From assembly GCA_965603825.1 (NCBI GenBank), contig CBFDEM010000057.1, positions 248,001 through 312,000 on the forward strand: DNA of 64,000 nucleotides, given 5' to 3'. The notes below the pieces were generated by a model. The model saw only the letters and a list, made by a program, of their open reading frames with translations. It made no database searches and had not been told where the DNA came from. The position numbers were made by a program, and so were the translations under genes. How positions within the stretch are numbered: position 1 is the first letter of the stretch; every line of letters begins with the position of its first letter. This stretch comes from Blepharisma stoltei ATCC 30299. Taxonomy: Eukaryota > Protista > Ciliophora. Positions 12,105-23,730 of the stretch are shown here, piece by piece.

Positions 12105-13592
12105 TTAAGAAGCCCTACTACCTCTTTGACACTCTAGATGAGAGCCTTTGCCATTGTAAATATATGGTGTTCCAGTTTGAAATATAGACTGTGAGCAGAT
12201 CTGGCAGAGTGTGCAATCAAAGTGATAGTATATATTTTGATAAATATACACAGATTTTCCAGTTATCAATGGATTTCTACAAATTTCGCAGATATAGCAT
12301 TTATAGCATGTTTTATTGCACTTTTCCCAACATTTTTTGCACACTTTGTGGCCGCATGGAAATGTATTAGTAAATTGCTTGAAATTTATTCCCTTACAAA
12401 TCTCACACATCTCTTGAAGAGGTGCTATTTGAAGGCTTTCCTGAGTGCTTAAACTTGAAACCACGCTGCTTGCTGCAGAGGGGTTTTCTTCGTTTTTATT
12501 TTGTCCTGGTTCCCTAGGAAACTTAAAGTTTTTATCTTTGAATTTGTTAGGAATTTTCATTCCACAAGGACAAGAAATTTGGCTTTTAGTGAGTTGTTTT
12601 TTATCAATTTTGTCCTGTATGCACAATTTGCAATGAACTTTGTGGCATGGATAAAAATATAGCAGACTGCTAGAGTCATGAGAGCAATTCCCAATTCTTT
12701 TAATTCAAGATTTTATTCGTTTAAGACAAGCGATTTTTGGAGCAGGGTTCTGAGAACTTAGCTTTGAAATTTCCTGGTCAAGCTGAAGTTTGTTGGCTTC
12801 AGGCATCCAGCCAACTTGTGAAGTAACGATCTGGGCCAAAATTTCTATTAAAGCAGACTGATCAATTGCAGTCTGCACTGGTGCCACTTCTGGTTTCATA
12901 GGAATAGGCATGGGAGCAGGTAAAGATTGGCTCTGATCCGAATATGTAAAAGGTAAATCATCTAAATTAACTGTTTGACCATAATCATGAAGATTTTCTT
13001 TAAAATGCACCAGTAGTGACCAAGAATTTTGGCTGTTCTGGTCATATAAAATACTAATATTTAGTTCGGGATTTGGGTTCGGTGTTCTTGCTATGAACGG
13101 ATTTGGTGAGTTATATGAATATATGCTGATAGTGAATTTCAATATTTTGGTGAGTGCATTAAAGATGTATTCTTCGTCTTTCAGGACTTCTTTTCCATAT
13201 ATAACTTCATTGGAATATTGAGTTTTAAATTCATTCCTTAGAGTAGTTGAAACGATTATCCGGAAAGCATGGTCAAAGCTTTCTTCAACGGACTCTTTCA
13301 GAAGGTAATTCTTAATGTCAGCTGAGGAAAATGATTCTGTGTATTTCATAAATTCTTTTAGAAATTTGTAGACTTCTTCGTTTATTGATCCTTGGACTCT
13401 GTCCAAGGCTTTATTTAGCTCATTAAGAGTTTTGCCAGCTACGAACGTTCCTTTCAATCTTGATAATTGTAACAAAATCCCGAAATAAACCACTGAATAG
13501 AAGCTTGGCTTTTCAAAGTTCAAATGGATGGAAGATTGGAAGGCTTGAAGGTTTGGCTCTCCTAGATGTACTTCTATGAATCTAGCTTTCAT
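12105..13592 (-). CDS. Otubain-fold (probably inactive) protein with C-terminal RING-like and LIM-like zinc fingers, paralogue 1 (495 aa)
   Basis: TGA 12705=W joins two track ORFs. N-terminal KPSFYSVVYFG / ALTKILKFTISIY / ISILY..NSWSLL resemble otubain motifs. Cys/His clusters CSH..PCHKVHCKLC..CPCG, CEIC..CGHKVCKKC, CEIC..HFDC..CQIC..HLEC. Confidence 0.65.
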
Positions 13593-13893
13593 TTTAGAAA
13601 GAAAAATAAATGCTTATATGTGTAATGAACTAAATTTAAAGCCTAATCATTTTACTATTTAATACATTTAGCATGTGAAGGAATAATTGCAAAGATCTTT
13701 ATAATGCTAAAAATAATGAAAAGCTAAAGAGAGAGCTACAGGGTAATAATTGCTTTTCAATCTGACATTTAAGATGCCTAAAAATTCTTTATAAAATAAC
13801 GAAGAAATATAAACATTTTTAAAGATAAATTAGCGCTTCAATAGACGACCTCAAAGAAATCTTATTTTAGTTTTTTTGATAATATTTAAATAA

Positions 13894-15411
13894 TTAAGAA
13901 ATCCTATTTCCTCGTTGACACTCTAAATGAATGCCTCTGCTGTTATAAACACTTGCCGTTCCTTGCTTGAAAATAGACTGCGAGCAGATTTGGCACATTG
14001 TACATTCAGAGTGATAGTATTTTAATCTGTAAATATACGCAGGCTTCCGACTCAGACTAGACTTGCATATTTCGCAAGTGTTGCATTTGTAGCATATTTG
14101 ATTACAATTTGCCCAGCATATTTGACACGCAGCATGGGAGCATTCAAATGTATTGGTTAGTTGTTTTGGAAAGACGTTCTTACAAATATCACACATAGCC
14201 TGCAAAGAAGGCACTTGGATGCTTTCCTGCGCAACTGGCATATTTCTCATAACACTTGCTGGTCGTTTCCGCCCTTTCTTTTTGTTTCCTGCAGAGTCTT
14301 CACTAAAACTTTGGTTTTTGGTTGGATTTTCACGTTGATTTGCGAAAAAATAAATGCGAGAATTATTTTGTGTTTTTGGTTCTGCTTGATCCTCAGAAAA
14401 TTTGAATATTTTGTCACGAAATTTCGTTGGAACTGCTATTCCACAAGAGCATAAAAAATTATTTTTGGGGATTTTTTCGTTGTCAATTTTTGCTTGCATG
14501 CACAGCCTACAATGAAATTTGAGGCATGAATGGAAATAAAGGAGAGTTTTTTGATCGTGAGGACATTTCTCAACTTTATTGCTTCATTCAATTAGTGGTT
14601 CAAGGTAAGGGATTCTTGACTGAGGGTTTTGAGAATTTAACCTCGAAATTTCCTCATCAAGTTGTACTTTACTGTCTTCAGAAATTCAGCTGACATGAGA
14701 ATTGATAATATTGGTCAAAGCTATTATTAAGTTTGAGTGATCATTTATAGGCTGCTTTGGTGGCACATATGTAAAAGGTAATTCATTCAAATCTACAGAT
14801 TGCCCTATATCAAACAGATTTTCTTTGAAATGCACTAGAAGTGATCAAGAATTTTGACTACTTTGGTTATATAAAATATTAACATTCAGCTGTGGATCTG
14901 ATTTTGAGGTTCTAATTACCTGTGGATTTGGGGAGTCATAAGAGTATATACAGAGAGTTAAGTCAAATGCTTTTGCGAACACCATGAAGATATGATTTTC
15001 ATTCTTTTGTACTTCTTTCCCCGATAAAATATCTTTAGAAAATCGAGCTTTAGATTTGCTATTGAGATTCTTTGATACAAAATCTCTTAGACCATTATCA
15101 AAGTATCTTTCACAAAATTCTCTGAGGGCATAATTCTTGATGTCCAGTGCTGAGTAGTTTTCTGTATATTTCGCGAAGTCTGTTAAAACATTGTTATCAT
15201 TGGTAACTCCTTGAATTTCACCCAATGCATTATATAGCAAATTAAGAGTTTTGCGAGCCATTGGTGTTTCTTTCATTCTTGCCAATTGCAACAAAATCCC
15301 TAAATACACCACTGAATAGAAGCTTGCCTTTTGCATGTCTAATTGGATGGTAGAATGAAATTCTTGTAGATTTGGGTGATTTAATTGTACCTCAATGAAC
15401 TTAGCTTCCAT
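13894..15411 (-). CDS. Otubain-fold/zinc-finger protein, paralogue 2 (505 aa)
   Basis: Colinear with paralogue 1. Three TGA read as Trp; two align to TGG in paralogue 1 (NSW, VGW/VSW). Confidence 0.65.
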
Positions 15412-15528
15412 TTTCAGAAGCAAATAATAAACATTTTTGCATGTTAATACATCAATTTTGTGGTATTTTCAAATTCCCGAATAAATTTTTTAAATATGAA
15501 ATATTTACTATAAAATATTGCGTTTGAA

Positions 15529-16329
15529 ATGGCCGAACTCGGATTTCATGGGCATTCAATCATAGTCAGATTCACTGAGCAGCCTGTATGTGAATCCACA
15601 ACTTGAAACATTGGAGGCTACATAATGAAATTTGTCAAGCTTCAAAGCTATGCTGAATACTGCGTCCAGCCAACAGATTATATTAAAGTCATTGAAGGTG
15701 CTTTAATTGAGCCATTACGGTTATCATTTCCAGGACCATTTACCAAAGCTTCAACTGTAATAGGGGAAGATATCATCAAGGCTGGAGCAATGACTACCCT
15801 TATGATTATATCAAAAACAAACCAGGCTCAAGTATGTATCCAGTCTCCTAATGATTTAGAAGTTTCAGGACCGTATTCAGAACTCCTCAAGTGAAAGGAA
15901 GTAGGCGAGCTGCCTGGAAAAAGGAGCTTTTTAGGGAATCCTTATTATTATATTAGAGGATGGGATTTAAGATCTCATGATAACCGACATATGGGATACA
16001 TTCAAGGATGGCTGTCAGGAAAAGCTATGAATTGTGGAAATTGTGACTATTCAGAAATGGGAGAAAACACTTTTAGGAAGATTTATTTGAATATTATTAA
16101 TGGGACTGGGGAAGGGGCGTTGGTTTGGTATAAAGACGAAGAAGAGCACTCACTTATATTGATGCCTGGTGAAGAGCATGGACCAATATGGGAGTGAGAT
16201 GATGATTTAACAAAAGTTGTTTACCCAATGCATAGGTGACAGTCAGGGGGAGAGCAAGCACTGAATGCAGATGAAGAACGAATGGATTTCAATATAGGAA
16301 TAGAGCTACCTCCTCCAAGAGCAGCTTAA
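15529..16329 (+). CDS. Stand-alone cupin resembling the aldos-2-ulose dehydratase/isomerase (AUDH) cupin domain (266 aa)
   Basis: One frame from ATG 15529 to TAA 16329 with four TGA=W. Motifs WLSGKAMNCG, NGTGEG, L.PGEEHGPIW, YPMHRWQSG. Confidence 0.6.
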
Positions 16330-16479
16330 ATTAAAGTGATTTTCTTATATTTAAGTTAATAATAGCTTTCTTTTGTTCCAAATTATTTTTGATAGTAAAT
16401 TTCTATTTTAAATGAAATAATCTTGTATAATTAATAAGAAATCAGCATTAAAATGCAAAAGCTATTGTGGTTGAAATAA

Positions 16480-17298
16480 ATGGCAAAAGTGATTATTGTT
16501 ACAGGGTCTAATAAAGGTCTTGGAAGAGCAATAATCGAAAAATTGATCACCGAGACCCCTGAATTCACCTCAATAGTAATGACATCTAGAAGTGAAAGCC
16601 TTGGTCAGCAAGCCAAAGAGGAAATCGAGCAGAAATACGGTCCTCAATCAAGACTTGTCTATCATCAGCTTGATGTAACAGACGAGCTCAGCATTAGAAG
16701 ACTAACAGATTTCGTTTACCATACTTATGGGAAAATCTCAGTCTTTATCAACAATGCAGGCATCGCTTTCAAAGGAAATGACTTTGGACCTCATGTGGTA
16801 GGACCCACATTTGCATGCAATTTCTATGGCTTAGTCAATACAACAGAAGCAATTTTACCGCTTATGGCTGATGACGGGCATATAATTAATGTAACATCAA
16901 GAGCCGGAAAGGCACGGTGAATTCCAGATGAAGCCATTCGAAATAGATTTTTAGACCCTAACCTCACACGTGATGGATTGTATCATTTGGCTGGAGATTT
17001 TATACAGAGCGTTAGAGATGGCAACTGGACAGAAAAAGGATGGCCTACTCAGGGTTATGCAATCAGTAAAAACTGCGCAAATGCTTATACAAGAATTTTG
17101 GCAAGGGAATTAAGAGAAAGCGGATCAAGGGTGAGAGTAAATGCTGTGTGTCCTGGAATATTGAGGACTGATATGGCTGGGCCAACAGCTCCTCTGTCTG
17201 CTGAAGAAGGGACTATAACTCCAATTTTGATGGTAAGATATCAAGGAGAAGAATCTGGGAGATTTTGGTATGAAGGAAGCATTCAAGAATGGGACTAA
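16480..17298 (+). CDS. NADPH carbonyl reductase (CBR1-like short-chain dehydrogenase/reductase)
   Basis: TGSNKGLG, HQLDVTD, NNAGIAFK, catalytic YAISK, VCPGILRTDMAG. TGA 16918=W joins two track ORFs. Confidence 0.9.
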
Positions 17299-18508
17299 TT
17301 AAACTTATTATTGGGTGAAGAGTACTTGTTTATTATATATTTGCTAAAAATAATAAAAGCTTCCCTAGCGAATGCTGATTAACGCCAAATTTGAGAAATG
17401 GTTTAACTAATTTGAATCTGCCCATTTATGAAAACGCAAAAAAATGCCTAATAAGTTTATTTGTGTGAGAAAAAGCCTGTTTTAAAACAATAAGTCAAGA
17501 ACATGAATTTCCTATGATTTATCCAAATCAGTTCGATGATTTAAATATAGTCAGAAATTTTATTGTACAAGGAATTATATTGCTATTATCTCAGATGTGC
17601 TTAATATTTTATGAAAATTTAGCTTCACTAAAATGAGATTAGAAAAGAAGATTCATTAAGGAAGAAGCTGGGGTGCTTAATCAAGATCGCTATGCAATTC
17701 ACATTATACAAAAAAATCTAGCCCTAAACATCAGAAATAATTTGCTTATTTTCCTTTCTTGAACTGGCATATAGAAGAATGCAATCTTTTTTTATTTGAG
17801 CAGTCAAGAATAAGAATAAAATAGCTAAAAATGGTTTATTTATGGCAAAGCCAATTATTTGTTAATCATCTCGGGCTGTACTTCTACTTATTTCAGATAA
17901 ATTTATATGAAAAACTATATCTTAATTAAAAAAACATTAATGAGCGGTTTCTTATTTTTGAAAAGAAAATTTTAAACTAAAAATTATGAATTTAAGTTAA
18001 TTTTTGCCTGAACTGCTTATAAATAATTAGGATCAGCTTACATAGCTGTAAAAAAATATAAGAAAAACTTCAAAGGTCATAACATAAAATGATAAAATTT
18101 TTCTAAGTTTTCTAACTCACGGTGGTTGTTTTTTTATTATCATATTTAGATAAAATGGAAGCAAATAATTAAAATTTGTTTTTATTCCTAACACTTTGAG
18201 TGTTTTTGATAGTTTCCTTATGAAAATCCAGCTGATATTTGAAATCTAGACCTAAATTGCTTTGAATAACTTTCTAACAAAAATTGAATTTTTTAGGTTT
18301 TTGATAGCTTTCTTGGAATTAGCATCACAACTATTTGTTTTATTAAACCTCCTTAATAGTTTCTAAAATCCTTGAATTTTTTTGTTTAATTCTTCGCTAA
18401 TATGAGCCCATATGAATTTTTAAAAATTTGTGTTGGAGAAAGTTCCATTTACATTAATTTACCTTGGAAACCGAGGCGAATAATTCTTAAAAAGCTTAAA
18501 GTTATATA

Positions 18509-18874
18509 TTAATGCACGTTGATCTTTAGCTGGCTTAGGGCTTTTCTTGACCTCCTGCAGTTCCATTCGAAGAACTCCCTACCATACCTATGATAGCACA
18601 TATTGCACATCCCTCTTGCATAATGCTTTTTGTTAACATGTGGGCAAGCCGTCACCCGCATTAGTTTTTTATGCTTTTTCTTGTTCTTCTTTAGTAAATC
18701 TGACTTAGATGGCTTCATCGTAGACTTCATGCTGACCAAGGGCTGGAAAAAATTATTGAGGGTAGGAAGTTGTAAAGAAGCTGAAATTTCATCTGTGCAT
18801 CTATCTGGGTCTAATAGTGAAAACATTCCTGTAAAGACGTTGATCTCGTCGTCGTTTAGGTATAATCCTTTCAT
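18509..18874 (-). CDS. Small basic zinc-finger protein (CxH..HYAxGMCxxCY), paralogue 1
   Basis: Lys-rich patch then CPHVNKKHYARGMCNMCYHRYG. Homologous to 20074..20493. Confidence 0.75.
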   Translation of the reverse strand: MKGLYLNDDEINVFTGMFSLLDPDRCTDEISASLQLPTLNNFFQPLVSMKSTMKPSKSDLLKKNKKKHKKLMRVTACPHVNKKHYARGMCNMCYHRYGREFFEWNCRRSRKALSQLKINVH

Positions 18875-19111
18875 TATTTATTATTATTAGCTAATAAATG
18901 AAATGGAGAAATCTTTAGCATATTGCAAAACTATGGAAAAATGGAAAACCGTTCCAAAAGACGATTTAAAAAATTTTAATAAGAATTTAAATCTCTAGGA
19001 ATTATATCCGATTGCTAGGAAAAAATTTTGATTTTTGAGTTCTAATTTTGTAATCATGCGTTTTAAATTGCTTTTTTCCATAAATCCTATGATTAAAAAA
19101 GTCTTAATAGC

Positions 19112-19123
19112 CCGTTATCTATG
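19112..19123 (-). promoter_or_regulatory. Candidate upstream element CATAGATAACGG (copy 1)
   Basis: Exact 12-mer shared with 20677..20688, in the same orientation upstream of the paralogous gene. Contains the Myb-type TAACGG. Confidence 0.4.
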
Positions 19124-20073
19124 CCTAAGTAAGTAGATGCAGTTGCCTGGAATAGTTTCAACAAAGGTAATAATGATAATTTAATTTATTGAGATAAGCA
19201 ATGGCAATTGGATATTTTAGGAAACATTGAAAAACAATAAAGAAATCAATAAATATAAATAATTATAAGACTTCTATTTAATTTATAACTTAAAGATTGC
19301 TATATTGGAATAGTGAAGAAGAAATTTGTTTCGTTGTAATCGAACAAAAATTTAATAGGCGATTAAAATTAATAGCATAGTAGTCCATCTTGAGACTCAT
19401 TAAAAGAATTTTGACAAGTTGGAATTGTAATCAATAATTCATTGAAAAATTTACTTTTATGGAGGAATGAATTCTGTGTTGGGCAAATAATTTTAGATAA
19501 AAACTAAATTCAAAGATTAGTTAGATTTAGATTAAAAACATATAGGAGATAATAAATGTTCACAGATACTTGATAATGATTATAAAATTATTAAATATCT
19601 CTTATCCAGCAAATGCTATAGTTCCTGAAATTTGAAAATTAGGCAACTTTAAAACAGATAAAAGGATAATTGCAGTAAAAGTTTATAATGTTTAGTATTA
19701 AAATGGATTGCCATAAATTATTGCTTATTTGCACTTGCTTTTGAAAATTTGAAATTATGCGTTTTTTATACTAGAAATTTGATCAAGATATAAAAACGAT
19801 CAAAAGAGCCTGCTTTTAAAAATTATATTTACTATTAAACATAAATCTTTATTAATTAAAAATACTTTCTATTTCGAAATTTATAAAAATAAATAATACA
19901 GTACGCAAATCAAGATTAATTTCAGCTGTTTCAATAGTAAATTAAATAATGTTAATATATTGCTCTTCAGAATCAATTTATATGTATAAGTTATTGAAAT
20001 CGTTTTAAGTACTCTTATGGTTTCATTGCTTTTCTTTATTCTGTTTATGCGATTTAAAGTTTCACTATCTAAT

Positions 20074-20493
20074 TTACTTAAGTTGGGATTTAATCTTGGT
20101 GCTTGATTCTGCATGGCATTTATTATAACACAGCTCGCACATTCCTTTAGCGTAAAGCTTTCTTTCTGTGTGCTCGCAGATTCATGCATAAGTGTCTCTT
20201 CCATAGCGGTGGTAGCAAGAGTTGCACATACCTTTTGCATAATGCTTCTTGTTGATATGCTTGCAAGCAGTTATTCTTTGGCTTTTTTTGTGTCGTCGTT
20301 TTTCTTTTAGTACTTTTTTTTCACAGGGCTTGCTTACATCTGTTTTTTCAATAATTCCGCTAATTGCGAAATCTTGAATCGATGGTAACTCTAGACATAA
20401 TGAAACATCTGAGACTGGGGCTTTTGGGTTGATAAGTGAAAACATGTTTGAAAAAATACTGAATTCGTTCGGAGGTGAAGATTTGGGATCCAT
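20074..20493 (-). CDS. Small basic zinc-finger protein with two CxH..YAKGMCxxCY units, paralogue 2
   Basis: CKHINKKHYAKGMCNSCY, then W (TGA 20182, aligned to TGG in paralogue 1), then CEHTERKLYAKGMCELCY. TAA at 20074. Confidence 0.78.
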
Positions 20494-20676
20494 TTCTGGC
20501 TTAATATTATTTCTAAATCTGATTTAACATGGTTATTTCTTAATTTATTTTCTAGTATTTTTGATATTTAGTATATATAGAAGAGGGAGTTTATATGTGC
20601 CTAGTATAAAGTTAAGAAGTTAATTTCTCTAAAATTTCTTCTAGAAATAAAATACAGCTAAAATCGAATTCTCAAA

Positions 20677-20688
20677 CCGTTATCTATG
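20677..20688 (-). promoter_or_regulatory. Candidate upstream element CATAGATAACGG (copy 2)
   Basis: Exact match to 19112..19123 in otherwise non-alignable AT-rich DNA. Confidence 0.4.
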
Positions 20689-21372
20689 TTGGCAGATTTA
20701 CAAATCTGGGCATGGACATTTATTCAACCCTATCATAGACTATTGAAATGAAATGCATTCAGTTCTGCTATCAATTTTTCAAAAGGAAAGTTAATAGCTA
20801 ATTGATCTATTGCTTGCGACCTCTTTGATTTTTAAAGCCCTATGTGTATATTTTAATTTCAGCAAGAATTTCAACTAATGCAATTTCATTTGCACGCCTA
20901 GTTGATTTTATTTTGGCTAATTGAACTATGGTTTAATAATTATTATATTCAATTTGATGACTCCCTATTTTGCGATAATTTGAATTTTCTAAGGCAATTA
21001 AATTAAGTTGGAAAATTTGATGGCAAAATCAGCATTTTAGCCAGTACTTAGGAAAATGAATGTAAATCTACCCCATCGAAAATTATCAAAATTATTTAAT
21101 AATTAATATTTTTAACTTGTTGCTAGCCTGATGACAGTAAGATAATTTAAGCTCAATAATTTTAAGAGAGTTTTGATCCTAAATAAGACATTAAAAGTGC
21201 CTAAATATATATAAACAAAGTTATTGGAATTCGAAATTTTGACCATTATTTTTCACTGCTCTAAAATTAATTATACGAAAAATGATCTAAATATTTAATA
21301 TTTATCTGGCTTTTCAATTCAATAGCTGTTTACTAATATTATTTAATTATTTATTTTATTTCCTAAATTGTC

Positions 21373-23045
21373 TTATTCATAATATATTTGAATAATCCTC
21401 CCATCAAATGAAATTCAATTTTGTTTTTTTAATTCTTTTACATCTTCTATCTCACTGAATTCAATTCAGGCATAGCCAGTTGAATTTCCTAGTTCATCTT
21501 TAACTATATCAATCTGATCAATTTCGCCATACTCCAAAAAGTAATCTTCAATTTCATATTTGCTCAGGCTTAAAGGTAGATTACTTGCCAAAATTGTATA
21601 AGAAAAGCTATTATGTGTCCTCTTAAAATTTAGTGTAGAAATATGGACTTGCTCGTCTTTATAGAATGCTTTGCTCTTATTTAGAGCATTAATTTGCCCT
21701 TCAATATTTTTGAATTTTACAATTGCCATATTTTGATCATCATTACTGTTACATTTTAGTGCTCTTATGCTTTCAACATTTCCGCATATATTTAAAAAAT
21801 CTCTTAAGTCAGAATTGTGTATACCATAAACAAACAATTCTTTTAAAGCACAAATTTCATTTTTTTTCACTTTTTGACCTTCATTTTGTCAAAGTTCTGA
21901 TTTTCTAACGATTTTTGTTGGTAAATAGCATTCTTCTTCGCTACTTGAAGTACAGCTTTCTATTTCTGCAGCTTTAGAACTGAGCTCTTTAACTTTTTTT
22001 TCTAAACTACCAAGCTTCTTTTTCAAGCTTTCAATTTCATCTTGATTATAAAATAGAGATTGTTGAGATTTATTATTAATCTGCACCTTTAGCTCATCAA
22101 TCATTGATAAATACTTTGCCTCGTTGCAAAGAGATTTCTTTTGCTCCAAAGAGTTGGCAGCTATTTGATCTTCTAAAGATTTTTGAGTTTTTTCGATTTC
22201 TTGCTTTAAGTAATTACTTGATATCTTTGATTCATTGGATAAAAGAATTAAATTTTCAAGATTTTCATTGATTTCTTTTCTTAGCTGAATCTCAAAACTC
22301 GTTGATTCTTCTAAATTAAATATTTTATCATTTAATGTATCAATATTAGGGATAAATTTCTGCAGTTTTTCATTAATGATTTTATCAATTTTTTGCGATA
22401 TAATACCTTCAATTATATTTTCAATATTTTTATCATGGCTATATATATATTCAATAACTTTATGGTATCTTGCCTTATCAGAAATCATGAACCTAAACCT
22501 ATCAATTGCTTCATTTGGCTTAAGAAGTAAATTAAACTCTATTGAACTTGAGTTAATTTTAGATATTCTGACAGATTATAAATTACAACTGACTGGCTAT
22601 CTCTTAAATTTGTATATATTCAATAAAAATGGTCTACTTCTTTTGTGTTTCCTAAAAATTCGATCAAGTTATCTATTTGTTTTACTTCATCTGTTATTGA
22701 TTTTAATTCTTTTTCAATATAATCTTCAACTTCTATAAAAGTCATTGAAAGCTTCTCTATTATTTTGGACTGAATTTCATTGAGACTCTGCTTTTCTTCT
22801 CTTAAGAAATTAATGAGTGCTTTTTGAGTTTCAAAATTTACAGCCTCAAATATACTTTCTAGCATATGATTTTGGGGAAATGGTTTGATATGATCTCCAA
22901 TGTGCAGATTGCACATTAATGAACGTTTTTCTTCACACTTACAAAGATATTCTGGAATATTTTTGCAATCTTCTTTGAAACAAGTGACTGTGGAAGATTG
23001 CTGCATTGGCGAATAATCTTCAGAGAGATATTGAAATTCGCTCAT
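21373..23045 (-). CDS. B-box-like Zn module + coiled coil + two RRMs; reading frame interrupted near 22564-22636
   Basis: N-terminal CFKEDC..YLCKC..MCNLH..H. RRM1 ELFVYGI..MAIVKF. RRM2 ILASNLP..TGYA-W-IEF..FDGRIIQI. TAA at 21373. The 5' and 3' parts are in different frames. Confidence 0.65.
22564..22636. mobile_element. Possible retained TA-bounded IES-like insertion (71 bp excised, leaving one TA)
   Basis: TA at both ends (22564-65, 22635-36). Excision gives ...NTKEV-SKINSSS... and one continuous ORF. No 15/16-nt GT-AG intron restores the frame. Confidence 0.35.
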
Positions 23046-23380
23046 TTTTTATAAACTTCTATAAAATAAAAATGAAGATCAATGAAAATTGAAGGATTTA
23101 GAATGCTGAAGCCTCAAAAGTTATTTTTATAAATTTTTGATATCAATAATTAGTCAAATTCACTGTCAAGCTTTATCAGAGACTTTAATGTGATGTGTCT
23201 TTATTTTACAATCCTTTTTTAAGTAAAGCAATATCTTGATTATTGATAAGGTAATTGTAATTTCATCGTATTTGGAATCGTTTTAGGGCAGAATTCTTTA
23301 TTTTTAATTAATTTTAAGGAAAGATGATTAAAAGTGTATACACGATGGTTAATAGCTATCAAATAAAAATTAAAAATAAG

Positions 23381-23671
23381 CTAAGTGTAAAAGACCAATA
23401 CAAATAAGACAACCAAAACCACCATAAGAATCATAATTGTGCATAAAGTCTTGCTATCGTTGGTTTTCATCAATTTCGCAAGTTTTTTCATGACGAAGTT
23501 CATTTTTTCAATATTGTCATCAACTTCACTATCGAGCTTTCTCAGCATGACGTTTTGATCTTGAAGTTCTTGATTTATAGTATTAGCTTGAATGTAAAGT
23601 CTTTTAGCGATTTCAGAAATTTCATCAAGCTGCTCATCTTGCTGGGCAATGAAGCCTAATTGATTTGACAT
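23381..23671 (-). CDS. Minimal Qc-SNARE (syntaxin-6/8/Bet1-like SNARE motif + C-terminal TM)
   Basis: QQDEQLDEIS..L...A..INQELQDQN.ML..LD.EVD heptads and a hydrophobic tail anchor. Confidence 0.85.
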   Translation of the reverse strand: MSNQLGFIAQQDEQLDEISEIAKRLYIQANTINQELQDQNVMLRKLDSEVDDNIEKMNFVMKKLAKLMKTNDSKTLCTIMILMVVLVVLFVLVFYT

Positions 23672-23730
23672 TAAATATTATAAGTTGATCTATTTTTATC
23701 TATTTAAATAAAGCTAAATTTAACATAAAT

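Noticed and set aside
17300-18500. 1.2-kb spacer checked for ncRNA, telomeric repeats or a hidden gene
   Set aside because: No long frame found even with TGA=Trp, no tRNA-like arms, and only one imperfect CCCTAAACA rather than a telomeric array.
22568-22637. 70-nt GT...CAG intron as the explanation for the frame break in the RRM gene
   Set aside because: Splicing gives GAA AAT ATC TAA (immediate stop), and the length is far from the 15-18 nt seen elsewhere.
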